Part shown: piece by piece, positions 62,700 through 64,000 of the stretch
How positions within the stretch are numbered: position 1 is the stretch's first letter
Layout of the letters: every line of letters starts with the position of its first letter
Assembly: GCF_000315625.1 (NCBI RefSeq)
Contig: NW_005434555.1
Location: forward strand, 28,490 to 92,489
From: Guillardia theta CCMP2712
Lineage: Eukaryota > Protista > Cryptophyta
DNA: 64,000 nt
Reading direction: 5' to 3'
The notes under the pieces: generated by a model
Told to the model about the DNA's origin: nothing
Seen by the model: only the letters and a program-made list of their open reading frames with translations
The model's database searches: none
Translations under genes and position numbers: made by a program

Positions 62700-63752
62700 C
62701 GTCACCTTGGATACATGAAGTTTGCTTTCATGTATACCTGCTCAAGCGCCCATTGCTTCTCTTTCAGCTGCACCTTCAGCTCGCCCATCCTGCAAGAAGA
62801 AAGGAGGAACATGAAAGAGGAAAGAAGCAGTCGAGCGAGTGCAGAACGTTCGTGAGGGAGAGGAAGAAGTAGAGGTCATGACAAGACTTCGAATAGTTGA
62901 GGGTGACGTACTCGTGCGCTAGTCGCTCCATCATGCTGCCTCCGGCCTCATACTCTGCACAAACTCTTGAGTATTCGCAGGGGAAACGAGCAGCAGCACC
63001 GGCCAGCTGCTTCTCCAAGTTTGATTTCTCAGCTTGTGCCTCTGCTTTGGCTTGCTGGAGAAGCTCGAGGATCCTGCACGTGACGTAAAGTGGAGGCCAA
63101 GGCAGGGCAAAGGCTCCACACCTGCTCAGAGCTGGGACTGTCCGCGAGTTGTAAGTGTCATGTCGGATCTCTGCTTGTAGCTTGGCAACTTTGAGCACCT
63201 GCAGGTCAATTGGGTTTAGGGAGGGCGGACAAGACAGTGGGCGAGAAGATCGCGAGTAGGATAGACTTGGAAGGAGGAGGAGGAGGAGGAGGAGGAGGAG
63301 GAGGGAGCAGGGCATTAGACCGTGATGAGTCCATGCATGAGTCACCTGAGCCTCACAGAAGGCGAGGAGAAAGTCCTTCTTGGTCTCATCCCACTGCCAC
63401 TTGACATGAGCCCAGCTCAGCCCCAGCTGAGACTCTCACCTTGGGCATCCCCTTGATCTTATACTCTCTAACGATCACCTCCATGTCCTCCACAAGGTCT
63501 GAGGCAGGCTTGTTATGCGCTCGCCCCAGCGGCTCCTGAGCCTCACCATGCTGGAGCTTGACAAGATTCGTGCAGATGTTGAGATGTTTCTCCTCCTGCG
63601 AGGTATGTCAGCGGGAGGAAGAGGGGGGGAAGAGGAGGGAGCGAGGAGAAAGGGAGTTCAACGCGGGGGAGGAGTGAAGAAGGAGGAGGAAGGAGGAAGA
63701 AGGAGGAGGTTTCACCGATCGGCGTACAGATTCACGGAGAGCCTGAAGCTCG
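62700..63752 (-). CDS. HAUS4: HAUS4/augmin subunit 4-like protein (5' part beyond the window end)
   Basis: Spliced C-terminus LKVAKLQAEIRHDTYNSRTVPALSRI...EYEAGG..MERLAHEY...LKEKQWALEQ matches the HAUS4 DTY..TVPAL / EY / QW pattern. Confidence 0.7.
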
Positions 63753-63866
63753 TCCCTCTGAAGGCGCAAATGAGTGTAAGGTTGAGGAAAGAGAGGATGG
63801 GAAAGAACGCGATGCTCGCAGGCCACAGAGAAGAATGGAAGACGAGGAGTCAAGAGAGATAACAAG

Positions 63867-64000
63867 GAGGAGGAGGAGGAGGAGGAGGAGGAGGAGGAGG
63901 AGGAGGAGGAGGAGGAGGAGGAGGAGGAGGAGGAGGAGGAGGAGGAGGAGGAGGAGGAGGAGGAGGAGGAGGAGGAGGAGGAGGAGGAGGAGGAGGAGGA
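63867..64000. repeat. (GGA)n microsatellite
   Basis: Perfect GGA run to the window end. Confidence 0.97.

Noticed and set aside
63867-64000. (GGA)n run as a telomere
   Set aside because: The same microsatellite occurs throughout the window, and the HAUS4-like gene appears to continue across it.

Overview
Gene-dense, intron-rich eukaryotic nuclear DNA. Most introns are 40-50 nt GT-AG, a few are GC-AG, and some are inflated by GGA/CCT microsatellites. There are three N gaps (45376-45475, 50458-50557, 52393-53163). Bipartite signal+transit leaders (e.g. AQA-F on Hsp33) point to an alga with a complex red-derived plastid, most likely a cryptophyte such as Guillardia theta (inference). About 22 genes were reconstructed by hand-splicing: a LamG membrane protein, two divergently transcribed secreted LysM proteins that recur as an inverted, partly homogenised pair ~23 kb away, a ZIP transporter, an LRR-RRM protein, a TKL kinase, a B-box formin, an EF-hand protein, a DEAD-box helicase, a CBM20 protein, dienelactone hydrolase, a bHLH/PAS-like protein, plastid Hsp33, two tandem intronless multi-TM proteins, RecQ, prefoldin 2 and HAUS4. 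The main hidden result is at 40630-45221, which looks like low-complexity junk in the ORF track. It splices into a signal-peptide protein with a methyltransferase-like domain fused to a GT6 (ABO/alpha-1,3-galactosyltransferase family) glycosyltransferase. All exon structures are manual and unverified by transcripts.
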